Shown here in pieces: positions 29,370-38,413 of a DNA stretch of 64,000 nucleotides (positions are counted from its first letter, which is position 1; each line of letters begins with the position of its first letter). The notes beneath the pieces were generated by a model. That model saw only the letters and a list, made by a program, of their open reading frames with translations. It searched no databases and had not been told where the DNA came from. Origin of the DNA: a virus. The DNA is taken from the IMG/VR virus record IMGVR_UViG_3300020048_003650, positions 32,001 through 96,000 of that record; one strand, written 5' to 3'. The position numbers were made by a program, and so were the translations under genes.

Positions 29370-29427
29370 ATACAGATGCCGATGGTCGGGTCTGTATTAA
29401 AATTCTTGCTTAATAGGAGAAAATATC
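29370..29427 (+). promoter_or_regulatory. ROSE-like RNA thermometer leader
   Basis: Upstream hairpin, then UCUUGCU-uaau-AGGAGA pairing over the SD. Confidence 0.6.
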
Positions 29428-29874
29428 ATGACAAGAACTCTTTCACTTCGTACCTCAGATTTACATCCCACACTACATAAATTCGGAATTGGCTTTGAAG
29501 ACATGCTTGATAACATTCTACGCACTGGCGCAAACCAAGCAGTTGGATATCCTCCGTATAATATTGTTAAACAAACAGATGAAAAATATTACATTGAGAT
29601 TGCTACTGCCGGATTCACAGAGGGAGAAGTATCAATCGAATTGAACAATCAAGTACTGACTGTTCGAGGAGAAAAACAAGATAGTGGTGACGCAGAGCCT
29701 GAATATCTACATCGTGGAATCAGTAGCAGAAGTTTTGAGCGTGTCTACACATTAGCAGAACACGTTGAGATTATTGACGCTACTAATCGAGATGGCATCT
29801 TAACTATCTTCTTGGAGCGAATTGTTCCTGAAGAAAAACGTCCAAAAACTATTGACATTAAGTATTTAAAATAG
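29428..29874 (+). CDS. Small heat-shock protein Hsp20/IbpA
   Basis: YPPYNI, AGF, YLHRGISSRSF, DGIL.I.L, PEEKRPK.I.I. Confidence 0.95.
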   Translation: MTRTLSLRTSDLHPTLHKFGIGFEDMLDNILRTGANQAVGYPPYNIVKQTDEKYYIEIATAGFTEGEVSIELNNQVLTVRGEKQDSGDAEPEYLHRGISSRSFERVYTLAEHVEIIDATNRDGILTIFLERIVPEEKRPKTIDIKYLK

Positions 29875-29936
29875 TATAATAGTTACTTAAAATGATGGCG
29901 ACGTCGGTCGCCATCAAACAATACAAGGGAATAAAA

Positions 29937-30242
29937 ATGTCTAAAGTAGAAGTTGGCACAAAAATTAAACCAAACACCAGAATTGCAGAACCTTCACTTT
30001 ATCGAGTATTTTACATTAATGATGATGTTACTACTATGAACTTTGTCGTGACTTCGTTAGTTCAATACTTTAATCACACAGAAGAATCTGCCATTGAAAT
30101 GACTGAAACTATTCATAACAATGGTAGCGCCGTTGTGGCTATTTTACCATATGAAATTGCCGAACAGAAAGGGGTAGAAGTTACATTGGAAGCCAGAAAA
30201 AATGGATATCCTCTACAAGTTAAAATTGAGCCAGAGTCCTAA
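29937..30242 (+). CDS. clpS: N-degron adaptor ClpS
   Basis: PSLYRV..INDDVTTMNFV, IH..G.AV, EIAE.K, YPL; likely start 29937. Confidence 0.9.
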   Translation: MSKVEVGTKIKPNTRIAEPSLYRVFYINDDVTTMNFVVTSLVQYFNHTEESAIEMTETIHNNGSAVVAILPYEIAEQKGVEVTLEARKNGYPLQVKIEPES

Positions 30243-30937
30243 ATCTCTACACGTTTTGGCCAATATGGAATACTGATATCTCTGGGGTTATTTAAAAAGT
30301 GTATTCTATCAATTTTAATATCCACGGTGATGTCATTAGTTCCAAATAACCAAGCAAGTATCTTTTGATTCGTGTCAAACATCAGACTCATTGCTAAATT
30401 CATAGGATCTTCAAAGTGAGATGTTGAATTTTTAAAAGCCAGATATTCACTAGGCATACTATTACTAATTACTAATATTTTTTCAACATCTTGTTGAGTT
30501 TGCAATTTTTTAATCGTAGAAGACAAATAAGAAACATCATCAATTTTAAGTTGCTGAACAGTATGAATATCTTCCAAATCAAAGATATCACGTTTATTTC
30601 CAAACCAACCATTACAGCCTACAATAGCAACATCATTTATTATAATTGCATGATTGTGCAGATATATTACATTTGATAACTTATTACATATTTCTTTTAT
30701 ATCTGATATTCTTTGTTCATAATTATGTATGTTAGAATGCTCTATTGCGCCATCAATGTAAAAAACACCTCGATAAACTTCGTCGAGATGTTCTAGTACA
30801 CGCTGAACTACAAATAAATCATCGCTAATGTTTCCGGCAATCGCACAAAATAAACTAGTTGGCTTACCAGTCCAATCAAACATATCAGTATCTGATAAAT
30901 TTAAATCACTGATGAGATCAATCGAAAATGGTGCCAT
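30239..30937 (-). CDS. Degenerate metallophosphoesterase-like protein
   Basis: ISDLNL, AGNI, DGAIEH, FGTN, NNPR; metal ligands replaced relative to 49491. Confidence 0.65.
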   Translation of the reverse strand: MAPFSIDLISDLNLSDTDMFDWTGKPTSLFCAIAGNISDDLFVVQRVLEHLDEVYRGVFYIDGAIEHSNIHNYEQRISDIKEICNKLSNVIYLHNHAIIINDVAIVGCNGWFGNKRDIFDLEDIHTVQQLKIDDVSYLSSTIKKLQTQQDVEKILVISNSMPSEYLAFKNSTSHFEDPMNLAMSLMFDTNQKILAWLFGTNDITVDIKIDRIHFLNNPRDISIPYWPKRVEI

Positions 30938-30943
30938 TATTTT

Positions 30944-31339
30944 TTATTTTGTTGGTGTCGGTGTTGGCTTTGGCTGTCTCCTTGGAGTAGGCTTTTTAAC
31001 ACTAGTAGAAGGTGAATTAGTTTTCGGTTCAACCGTTGTTTTTGGTTTTGGTCTGGCTCGTGGCTTTCGACCTCGAGTTTGTTTTCCACCAGTTTCAACT
31101 TTTAATTCCGGAACCTTATTTTCAACAACAGTTTCAGATTTAACCGTAGCCACTAGCGGCACGTTATCTGATTGACTGCTATTAGTTACTACTGGGGGCT
31201 CTACTTTGTACGGTGCTTCAAAATCCGCTGCTTTATTGGAATTATCAGAATCTTGCTTTTTGGATGCAAAAAACACATGATAAGCTGCCCATACCAATGC
31301 TACACCAATTAATACAAATACGACGACTTCTAAGTTCAT
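30944..31339 (-). CDS. Membrane-anchored protein with basic Pro/Lys tail
   Basis: N-terminal TM, APYKVEPP, K/P-rich C-terminus. Confidence 0.7.
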   Translation of the reverse strand: MNLEVVVFVLIGVALVWAAYHVFFASKKQDSDNSNKAADFEAPYKVEPPVVTNSSQSDNVPLVATVKSETVVENKVPELKVETGGKQTRGRKPRARPKPKTTVEPKTNSPSTSVKKPTPRRQPKPTPTPTK

Positions 31340-31437
31340 TAAAATTCTCCTAAAATTTTATTTATTATCCAATATTATTGACATAACACTTTTTATGATA
31401 TATAATACAAGAGTAAAATATTTATCAAGGATATTCA

Positions 31438-32052
31438 ATGACAAAAGATAATATTTCTGTTGAATCACAGGACGGTGAGCCTGGTGATTTTCTAAGAAAA
31501 TATGGAATTTATGTATTCATGGATGAGGTCACCAATGAAACCATCAAGCCAGTAATAGAATGGATACTACACGAGAATTATGTGGTAAAGAATAAAAAGA
31601 AAGAATTACTATTAATGATCTGTAGTGACGGCGGCGAATTAAGTAGCGCATTTGCACTAATTGATACAATGAGATCTAGTCATATTCCAATTAAAACAGT
31701 TGGACTTGGATTGATTGCCAGTAGTGGGTTGTTGATTTTTATCAGCGGCGCAAAGGGTAGAAGAATTTTAACTCCCAACACCAGTATCTTAAGTCATCAA
31801 TTTTCTGCAGGTTCAGAAGGAAAATCTCATGAACTATTTGCCACTGTTCGAGAGTTTGAATTAATTAACAAGCGTTTGATAGAACACTATCGTTTATGCA
31901 CAGGTCTAGATACTGATACTATCACGGCAAGATTATTGCCGGCACAAGATGTGTGGTTAGATCACGAATCTGCTCTGGAACTTAATATCTGCGATAGTGT
32001 CAGTGATTGGGATCCGCCTGCCAATAGAACCAGAAAACCCAAAATCTCTTGA
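31438..32052 (+). CDS. ClpP-like protease (divergent)
   Basis: ICSDGG, GLIASSG, ILSHQ, DVWL..AL..ICD. Confidence 0.85.
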   Translation: MTKDNISVESQDGEPGDFLRKYGIYVFMDEVTNETIKPVIEWILHENYVVKNKKKELLLMICSDGGELSSAFALIDTMRSSHIPIKTVGLGLIASSGLLIFISGAKGRRILTPNTSILSHQFSAGSEGKSHELFATVREFELINKRLIEHYRLCTGLDTDTITARLLPAQDVWLDHESALELNICDSVSDWDPPANRTRKPKIS

Positions 32053-32107
32053 TTTATATTAAAGATTGTAGTATAATCATTACTAACAACGTCAAAAGGA
32101 AAACATA

Positions 32108-32692
32108 ATGGCTTCATTAGTACCAATGGTAGTTGAGCAAACAAGTAAGGGCGAACGTGCCATGGACATCTATTCTCGTCTACTTAAAGATCGAGTAATT
32201 ATGTTAGACACGGATGTAAATGAAACCAGCGCCAGTTTAATTGTGGCACAGTTGCTATTTTTAGAATCAGAAGATTCAGATAGTGATATCAACTTCTATA
32301 TCAATAGTCCTGGTGGCTCGGTAATTGCCGGCTTGAGTATCTTAGATACCATGAGATTTATTAAGTGTGATGTGTCAACTATTGTCATGGGACAAGCTGC
32401 TAGTATGGGGTCATTGTTGGCAAGTAGCGGCACTCCTGGCAAGCGACTGATGTTGCCTAGCGCTAGACATATGATTCATCAAGTATCTAGTGGTACTCGT
32501 GGCACGGCGATTGATATGAAAATCGCACTTGAAGAAACACTTAAGCTGAATGAATATTTAACACGTATCTATGTAGAGAACACTGGCAAGACATATGAAC
32601 AACTTGAACAGGACATGAGTCGTGATAAGTTTATGTCAGCACAGGAGTCGGTTGAATACGGTCTAGTGGATCGAATTATCGTCAAGAGATAA
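32108..32692 (+). CDS. clpP: Clp protease proteolytic subunit
   Basis: [40 protein letters not shown]. Confidence 0.97.
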   Translation: MASLVPMVVEQTSKGERAMDIYSRLLKDRVIMLDTDVNETSASLIVAQLLFLESEDSDSDINFYINSPGGSVIAGLSILDTMRFIKCDVSTIVMGQAASMGSLLASSGTPGKRLMLPSARHMIHQVSSGTRGTAIDMKIALEETLKLNEYLTRIYVENTGKTYEQLEQDMSRDKFMSAQESVEYGLVDRIIVKR

Positions 32693-32704
32693 ATTAGCGT
32701 AGAA

Positions 32705-32983
32705 ATGAAATCACTAACCGTGTCCGAAAGATTAGAATTAAGTAAACTTATAGACGAGATAGCGCATAATTTATCTCAGATGAGGGACGAAAAACTAATT
32801 GTTAGTGAGCAGCAAAATGGAAACTACTATATCGTGTTCTTATCCAGTTACGATTTTTGGACTGAACATTATGATGAACTATGTGAATGGTCTCAGCAGT
32901 ATTCTGGAATTAAAGTTCTGGGAATGACGGTTCAGATAGATTCTGAGGAATTGTTAACAGTGTTTTTATTAAAATGGAATTAG
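32705..32983 (+). CDS. FxLxW-motif small protein
   Basis: Ends VFLLKWN. Confidence 0.7.
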   Translation: MKSLTVSERLELSKLIDEIAHNLSQMRDEKLIVSEQQNGNYYIVFLSSYDFWTEHYDELCEWSQQYSGIKVLGMTVQIDSEELLTVFLLKWN

Positions 32984-33246
32984 AATCTATAAAAACATAT
33001 TGTCATAAATTAATGAAAAATCATGGTTCATCAGACTCCTCCATTCCAATTAGATGGAATGATGAATTACAACAAGCAGGCTATTATTCGTGTAATCTGA
33101 GCGTGATAGATTCAACAACTAGATGGCAACAGGCTCATGCATGGTGTGATCTCAACATAGGAGAACAACATTATGTATGGACTGGTTCTAAATTTTGGTT
33201 CGATCGCTCGGACAATCTTGTTATGTTTTCATTAAAATGGGGTTAA
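32974..33246 (+). CDS. FxLxW-motif small protein
   Basis: AWCD; ends MFSLKWG. Confidence 0.7.
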   Translation: MELESIKTYCHKLMKNHGSSDSSIPIRWNDELQQAGYYSCNLSVIDSTTRWQQAHAWCDLNIGEQHYVWTGSKFWFDRSDNLVMFSLKWG

Positions 33247-33247
33247 C

Positions 33248-33523
33248 ATGAACGACAATGAACTAGATGGTTACTATCAAGACCGAGATTCCAGATTAAA
33301 TACAATATTGGCAGCAGATAGTGAGTTATGGATAAAAATAACCCGTAGCAAGGATGATTTTGCAAAATCATTGGCAGAAGGCGATGTATGGTCAATGGAG
33401 AAATTTTCTAGATGGCTAATAGATAATTATGGAATCAAATTATCATTTAGCGATGGCGTAATTGATTTGAAAGTAGAGATCATAGACGAACATAAATTAA
33501 CTATCTTTTTATTAAAATACTAA
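33248..33523 (+). CDS. FxLxW-motif small protein
   Basis: Ends IFLLKY. Confidence 0.7.
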   Translation: MNDNELDGYYQDRDSRLNTILAADSELWIKITRSKDDFAKSLAEGDVWSMEKFSRWLIDNYGIKLSFSDGVIDLKVEIIDEHKLTIFLLKY

Positions 33524-33524
33524 T

Positions 33525-33752
33525 ATGGAACTTCCGGTAATATATTTTAGCGGTGACACAGATAGTAAAATTATTGTTGTTGATGACAGCATAGATAGTT
33601 ACGTAATATTGAATGGCACACTATTATCTAGTTTGGAACTTGCGGAGATAAAAAAATGGTGTGTCAACACTGAGAGTATTTACTACGCATGTGGAATAGT
33701 TAAATTTGATAATCCTATCAGATTATATGAATTTGTGTTGACTTGGGGATAA
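33525..33752 (+). CDS. FxLxW-motif small protein
   Basis: KWC; ends EFVLTWG. Confidence 0.7.
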   Translation: MELPVIYFSGDTDSKIIVVDDSIDSYVILNGTLLSSLELAEIKKWCVNTESIYYACGIVKFDNPIRLYEFVLTWG

Positions 33753-33754
33753 CT

Positions 33755-34090
33755 ATGGCACTTCAACAACACATGGATGAACAACTGCAAATCAGGGACT
33801 TAGCATTACGATTGTATCGAGCCTCTGATAGAATTGACACTGGTCCCGGGTCTAATAAAACAGTAATAGATATTATTGAAGTTGAGTGGCTCAATATAGA
33901 ACATTGGGGGAAAACAATTGCTGACTGGTTCAAACAAGAAAATGAAAAATTCGAGTGGGCATTAAGGCATTCGAACAGACCTATAGAAATTATATCATCG
34001 ATTGATGCTGCGGAACTTGTAAAAAAATATGCTTTAATTGCATATCTGTCAGATAGATCACTAACCGAATGGGTATTACGATTTAAATAA
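33755..34090 (+). CDS. FxLxW-motif-like small protein
   Basis: Ends EWVLRFK. Confidence 0.65.
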   Translation: MALQQHMDEQLQIRDLALRLYRASDRIDTGPGSNKTVIDIIEVEWLNIEHWGKTIADWFKQENEKFEWALRHSNRPIEIISSIDAAELVKKYALIAYLSDRSLTEWVLRFK

Positions 34091-34156
34091 TATTTGACAA
34101 TAAATCACCAGTATGATACAATATGTAATATTAAAAATGGCAACATTGGAGAAGAT

Positions 34157-34897
34157 ATGCGTGTAAAAATTGGAAAATATGTTAACTTTTTTGGGCCGTT
34201 TCAACTGGCAGAATCACTTTGTTTTTGGGCACGTGATGTCAACGACGAATATGGATTAAAGAGAAAGCCCGATTGGGTTCATAATTTTGGGGAATTTCTG
34301 GCCTATGGAAAAATTTCATCGGAGCCTGCAGCGGATGAGACACGCCCACTTCTCAATAATGATGATGAAGAAACATGGCTCTATCGTTTATTAATGTGGA
34401 TTCATAATCATCGTCAGCGCAAAATAAAAATTCATATTGATCGCTGGGATACCTGGAGTATGGATGATACACTAGCTAAAATTATTCTGCCTATGCTTCG
34501 TCAATTGAAAGAATCCAAACATGGCGCACCGTGTGTTGACTCGAAAGATGTTCCGGAAAATCTACGCGCCACACGTTCAGAGGCGGCAGCATTTCGCCGT
34601 AATGGAACAACCGATGATAAGTTTTTTGAACGTTGGGATTGGGTCATATCAGAAATGATTTTTGCATTTGAACATATTGTAGATGACTCGTGGGAAGATC
34701 AATATCGTCAGGGCGAAATTGACTGGCTTAGTAAACCAGTCGAATGGGATGATAAAGGAAAACCAACCATGTATCAGATGGTAGACGGACCCAATCATAC
34801 ATATGAATGTGACTATGATGCTATCCGTGACGTTCATAAGCGAATTGATCGTGGACTACTATTTTTTGGCAAATACTACCGACACCTGTGGGATTAA
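34157..34897 (+). CDS. Phage hypothetical protein
   Basis: DTWSMD.TLA.II.PML, GAP.VD, FGKYY..LWD; promoter TTGACA(34094)-N17-TACAAT. Confidence 0.75.
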   Translation: MRVKIGKYVNFFGPFQLAESLCFWARDVNDEYGLKRKPDWVHNFGEFLAYGKISSEPAADETRPLLNNDDEETWLYRLLMWIHNHRQRKIKIHIDRWDTWSMDDTLAKIILPMLRQLKESKHGAPCVDSKDVPENLRATRSEAAAFRRNGTTDDKFFERWDWVISEMIFAFEHIVDDSWEDQYRQGEIDWLSKPVEWDDKGKPTMYQMVDGPNHTYECDYDAIRDVHKRIDRGLLFFGKYYRHLWD

Positions 34898-34908
34898 TAG
34901 GATATCTA

Positions 34909-35379
34909 ATGAAACAGACATTTTACAGACGAGTAGGACGTAAATATGTTCCTGTGATGGAATATGATAGCGAAGTATCTAATAGTTTTACTGAAGGCTA
35001 TCATCTTATCGTATGCAGACCAGGCAGTGTTCTCACACTATACGATATTGTTCCGGAACATGCGCCACTAATTGCCGCGGCACAAATTGCACGTGATGTA
35101 ATGTCAGAAACTATGAGAAAGGAATTAGAACTTAAGCCATCTAATAAGCCAATTACACCAGAACAACGTGCAGCATGGGATAATTTGGCACAAACATTTG
35201 GAGATAATTTATCTACACTGGAATCTAATAGTGTGTACAACGTTGTTAATGCAGGATTAGATTCACTGATCGGCGAGGCATCTAAATTATTGACCAACGA
35301 AAGTGTAAAATTAGCATACGAGAATTTTTTATTATTATCAGCACTAACCAAGGAGCAAAAAAATGACACACGAAGTTAA
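34909..35379 (+). CDS. Phage hypothetical protein
   Basis: FYRRVGRKYVPV.EYD; AGGA SD. Confidence 0.7.
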   Translation: MKQTFYRRVGRKYVPVMEYDSEVSNSFTEGYHLIVCRPGSVLTLYDIVPEHAPLIAAAQIARDVMSETMRKELELKPSNKPITPEQRAAWDNLAQTFGDNLSTLESNSVYNVVNAGLDSLIGEASKLLTNESVKLAYENFLLLSALTKEQKNDTRS

Positions 35380-35446
35380 AATCGGAATCGTATTAGCAGT
35401 AATAGTGTATGTAGTATTACCGGCTATGTACTGGCTATCACAGTAA
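35363..35446 (+). CDS. 27-aa membrane peptide
   Basis: AAGGAG SD; MTHEVKIGIVLAVIVYVVLPAMYWLSQ. Confidence 0.5.
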   Translation: MTHEVKIGIVLAVIVYVVLPAMYWLSQ

Positions 35447-35468
35447 TGGAATTCGTATTGCCTTAATC

Positions 35469-35690
35469 ATGAAATATCATGACATAATGGAATCATTGAT
35501 GATGAACTATCTATTCGAGCCGTGGGATGCTCAAACACGACTTCAATTGGAATATGATTTTAGATCACAGTGTCCTGGTCCATATATTATTACATGGACA
35601 AAACGATGGGAAAGTGACGGTATTCCGGTTTATCTATTTCAATTCGAAGATCCAGTTGAGGAAACAATGTGGCTGTTGAGGTGGTCATGA
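35469..35690 (+). CDS. FxLxW-motif small protein
   Basis: Ends MWLLRWS. Confidence 0.7.
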   Translation: MKYHDIMESLMMNYLFEPWDAQTRLQLEYDFRSQCPGPYIITWTKRWESDGIPVYLFQFEDPVEETMWLLRWS

Positions 35691-35887
35691 AAATAGAATC
35701 TACAACTTATCATGGCTGGACCAATCAACAGAGCGTATATCGAGTTAAAACTTACGATGATTTTATAGAAATCTCTAAATGGATGCAACTCAATGGGGTA
35801 GACAACGCACTATTGTCGTCTGGATTGAATGAATACATATTTGAAGTTCGTGATAATCATGAATGGTTTATTCTGAAATGGCTATAA
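35687..35887 (+). CDS. FxLxW-motif small protein
   Basis: ATGA overlap; ends WFILKWL. Confidence 0.7.
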   Translation: MKIESTTYHGWTNQQSVYRVKTYDDFIEISKWMQLNGVDNALLSSGLNEYIFEVRDNHEWFILKWL

Positions 35888-36054
35888 TATATCGAGCAAA
35901 GATTCCAGAAGCATGGGCAAGAGTAAAATGGTGCGAACAACAGTTTGGTCCCACAGTTTGGTGGAACTCAACGGCTCGCTGGTATCGGGATGGCGGGTAT
36001 ATATGCTTTCGTGATGAATCGGATTACGTGTTATACTTGCTAAGATGGGCATGA
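35878..36054 (+). CDS. FxLxW-motif small protein
   Basis: KWCEQQFG; ends LYLLRWA. Confidence 0.7.
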   Translation: MAIIYRAKIPEAWARVKWCEQQFGPTVWWNSTARWYRDGGYICFRDESDYVLYLLRWA

Positions 36055-36257
36055 TTATTCAATTACATAAAGAGTTTAGGATTTGGAGAGAAATGGTTCC
36101 GTGGTTGGTAGAACATTGTGGTCCAGTCTTGAATAGTAAACCTGTTGTATATTGGAGAGGACGGGAGTGGGAGTTGAGTTACGAATCGTCAAATTATTGG
36201 CAAGTGAATATAAATGACGAGAAAATGGCTACATTATTTGTATTGAGATGGTATTGA
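36045..36257 (+). CDS. FxLxW-motif small protein
   Basis: WLVEHCG; ends LFVLRWY. Confidence 0.7.
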   Translation: MGMIIQLHKEFRIWREMVPWLVEHCGPVLNSKPVVYWRGREWELSYESSNYWQVNINDEKMATLFVLRWY

Positions 36258-36258
36258 G

Positions 36259-36540
36259 ATGGGCATGACTCAATACGAACATTGGAAACGAGATCACGAT
36301 AGAACAATGGAAGAAATGGATATTCTAGCGGAATGGAAATACAAAAGATTTGTAATCGTCGATCCGGAATTACATGACTATTCTAATCATGTAATATTAC
36401 TATATGACTATTTGTATTGGTCAGATAATATTCTTGAGTTAGTTGAATGGTGTCATAATAACAACTGTAAGTTAAAGGGAATGACCATAGAAATACCAAA
36501 TGATTCTTTGCTGACTATGTTTATCTTGAGGTGGACATGA
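36259..36540 (+). CDS. FxLxW-motif small protein
   Basis: EWC...GMTIEI; ends MFILRWT; resembles 32705. Confidence 0.7.
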   Translation: MGMTQYEHWKRDHDRTMEEMDILAEWKYKRFVIVDPELHDYSNHVILLYDYLYWSDNILELVEWCHNNNCKLKGMTIEIPNDSLLTMFILRWT

Positions 36541-36737
36541 TTAAATTACCAGTAGAACCCTATTGGGTTAACGCCGCTGATTGGTGGCTGAAGAATCGCA
36601 ACAACAATAACCATGAATTCAATCTATGGTTACGTGAACAGGGTGTGCACGTTGTCAAGCGAGATAAATTTTATCCCTGGATTGAATTTCATGATTCAGT
36701 TCATGCGGTAATTTTTCAATTAAAATGGAGTGATTAG
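36537..36737 (+). CDS. FxLxW-motif small protein
   Basis: NA..WW...F..WLREQG; ends IFQLKWSD. Confidence 0.7.
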   Translation: MIKLPVEPYWVNAADWWLKNRNNNNHEFNLWLREQGVHVVKRDKFYPWIEFHDSVHAVIFQLKWSD

Positions 36738-37114
36738 TGACAACTGAACACTTCCTGTTATTAGGGTTCACACTGTTTGCCGTTAAACATTACATATGTG
36801 ATTTTGTATTGCAAACAAATGATATGATTCGGTCTAAAGGACACTGGGGTGAATGGCGGGGTATTGTACACAGCGTATATCATGGAATGGGAACTATGGT
36901 AGTCATTGGCATAATGGGATTTGGAACGGTGTCGTGCATACTCATGGGATTGCTTGACACGGTAGTACACTATCATGTTGACTGGGCAAAACAAAAACTT
37001 AATGATGCGTTAAAATACACTGTGGATAATCCTAAATTCTGGAATTTATTAGGCCTAGACCAACTGCTACACACGCTAACTTATGTCGGAATATTACTGA
37101 CGGTCACATCGTGA
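36737..37114 (+). CDS. DUF3307-like membrane protein
   Basis: KHYICDFVLQT, HS..H, HYHVDWAK, GLDQLLH. Confidence 0.75.
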   Translation: MTTEHFLLLGFTLFAVKHYICDFVLQTNDMIRSKGHWGEWRGIVHSVYHGMGTMVVIGIMGFGTVSCILMGLLDTVVHYHVDWAKQKLNDALKYTVDNPKFWNLLGLDQLLHTLTYVGILLTVTS

Positions 37115-37434
37115 TTGAAATTGATGTAGATTTAACTGTAGATACTGATTCTGAGGTGTATCAGAATGCCATTGCCTACTGGGCAAATCTCGATGAGAAC
37201 AGGAGCAAATGGAATAAAAAATGGCAGTCGGCGGTCACTGCCGCTAACGACTATAAAAACCTTGTGGTTGAACCATTTCATCAGTGGCTAGCATCTCAGG
37301 GAGCAACCGTGTCCAATAATAAAAAACCCACTGACCTCTACATGGTTGATAGCTATAACATAGCACAGGGAATAGATGTCCTGTTATTTGACACAGAACA
37401 GAATAAATTGATTTTTTTACTAAGGTGGAGTTAG
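37111..37434 (+). CDS. FxLxW-motif small protein
   Basis: NA..YW...F..WLASQG; ends IFLLRWS. Confidence 0.7.
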   Translation: MIEIDVDLTVDTDSEVYQNAIAYWANLDENRSKWNKKWQSAVTAANDYKNLVVEPFHQWLASQGATVSNNKKPTDLYMVDSYNIAQGIDVLLFDTEQNKLIFLLRWS

Positions 37435-37505
37435 TGTTGTATCTTTACAACACTATTTTTACTAAGAAAAATTTAGTTGACAATAAATCAGAGGTGTGAT
37501 ATACT
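37432..37505 (+). promoter_or_regulatory. Stem-loop plus early promoter (same element family)
   Basis: tagtgttgta-tctt-tacaacacta; TTGACA(37477)-N17-TATACT. Confidence 0.85.
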
Positions 37506-37558
37506 GTAGTTATAGTAGATAGAAATTGTTTTATCTACGAATTTAAAGGCGTTACGAC

Positions 37559-37795
37559 ATGAAATTTGAAACTAAACTGCCAACTCTTAAATCAATGAAA
37601 GAAGATGGGTGGAAACTCACCCATATTAATGGTGTTAAATGTTTGAAACTAGTAAGTGACGATTGTACTTTTGTAGGCGAATGGAATAAGTCTGGATATA
37701 TGTCGCCTACCAACATGTTATCGATTATATCAAAATTAGGGCAGCCTAAACGTATTCATACGATGAATAATTCAGTTACTACCCTAGAATACTAA
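37559..37795 (+). CDS. Hypothetical protein
   Basis: Follows promoter. Confidence 0.6.
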   Translation: MKFETKLPTLKSMKEDGWKLTHINGVKCLKLVSDDCTFVGEWNKSGYMSPTNMLSIISKLGQPKRIHTMNNSVTTLEY

Positions 37796-37878
37796 ACAAT
37801 ATTTAACTTGACAATTAATACCACTTGTGATATACTGTAGTTATAGTAGATAAACACTTAAACACACAGGGATACAAA

Positions 37879-38400
37879 ATGACTTCAAAACTTACCTCAA
37901 CAGACCCACGTATCGTTGATTTATTTAAATCGTATCATCGCCGAGTTAAATCTCGTCCACAGTTATTTAATAATAGTAACTCAATGATTACCGTTGGATT
38001 ATCGGCCGATTTGTTAGATTACGCTAATGCCGCGGCTGGTCATAGTGGCTTTGCTGCTAGTGCACGCCCAGTTGGTATTCGAGTGACCGTGAGTGATAGT
38101 ACTAAATCTCTTAAAGATATCTTTAGTTCGTGTGAATCACTGGCCGAGTTTATTAACTCAAGTGAGTGCAATGCCGCGGAGTATATTGCTAGAATTAGAG
38201 ATCGTGATTCTAAAGTATCTAATAAACCAGGCAAGAACGCAATTACAATCGATATCCGTCCAATCAAAGATGCTTTCTACGATTTAGGGTACAACTTTGA
38301 TCTAATTCAAAAACTCAAGAATACGTACGGCACTGACACCGTTAAACGTGACTGGGACAATCTTCAGGTTACAGAATTTCAACTTCGCTACGCTGTCTAA
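37879..38400 (+). CDS. Hypothetical protein at start of MTase island
   Basis: Promoter TTGACA(37808)-N17-TATACT. Confidence 0.65.
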   Translation: MTSKLTSTDPRIVDLFKSYHRRVKSRPQLFNNSNSMITVGLSADLLDYANAAAGHSGFAASARPVGIRVTVSDSTKSLKDIFSSCESLAEFINSSECNAAEYIARIRDRDSKVSNKPGKNAITIDIRPIKDAFYDLGYNFDLIQKLKNTYGTDTVKRDWDNLQVTEFQLRYAV

Positions 38401-38413
38401 CACAGGTACTGTC

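Noticed and set aside
32705-37434. Stop-codon recoding or one fragmented large gene explaining the short ORFs
   Set aside because: The ORFs are in different frames and each ends in the same motif; TAA, TAG and TGA all end conserved genes at expected positions.
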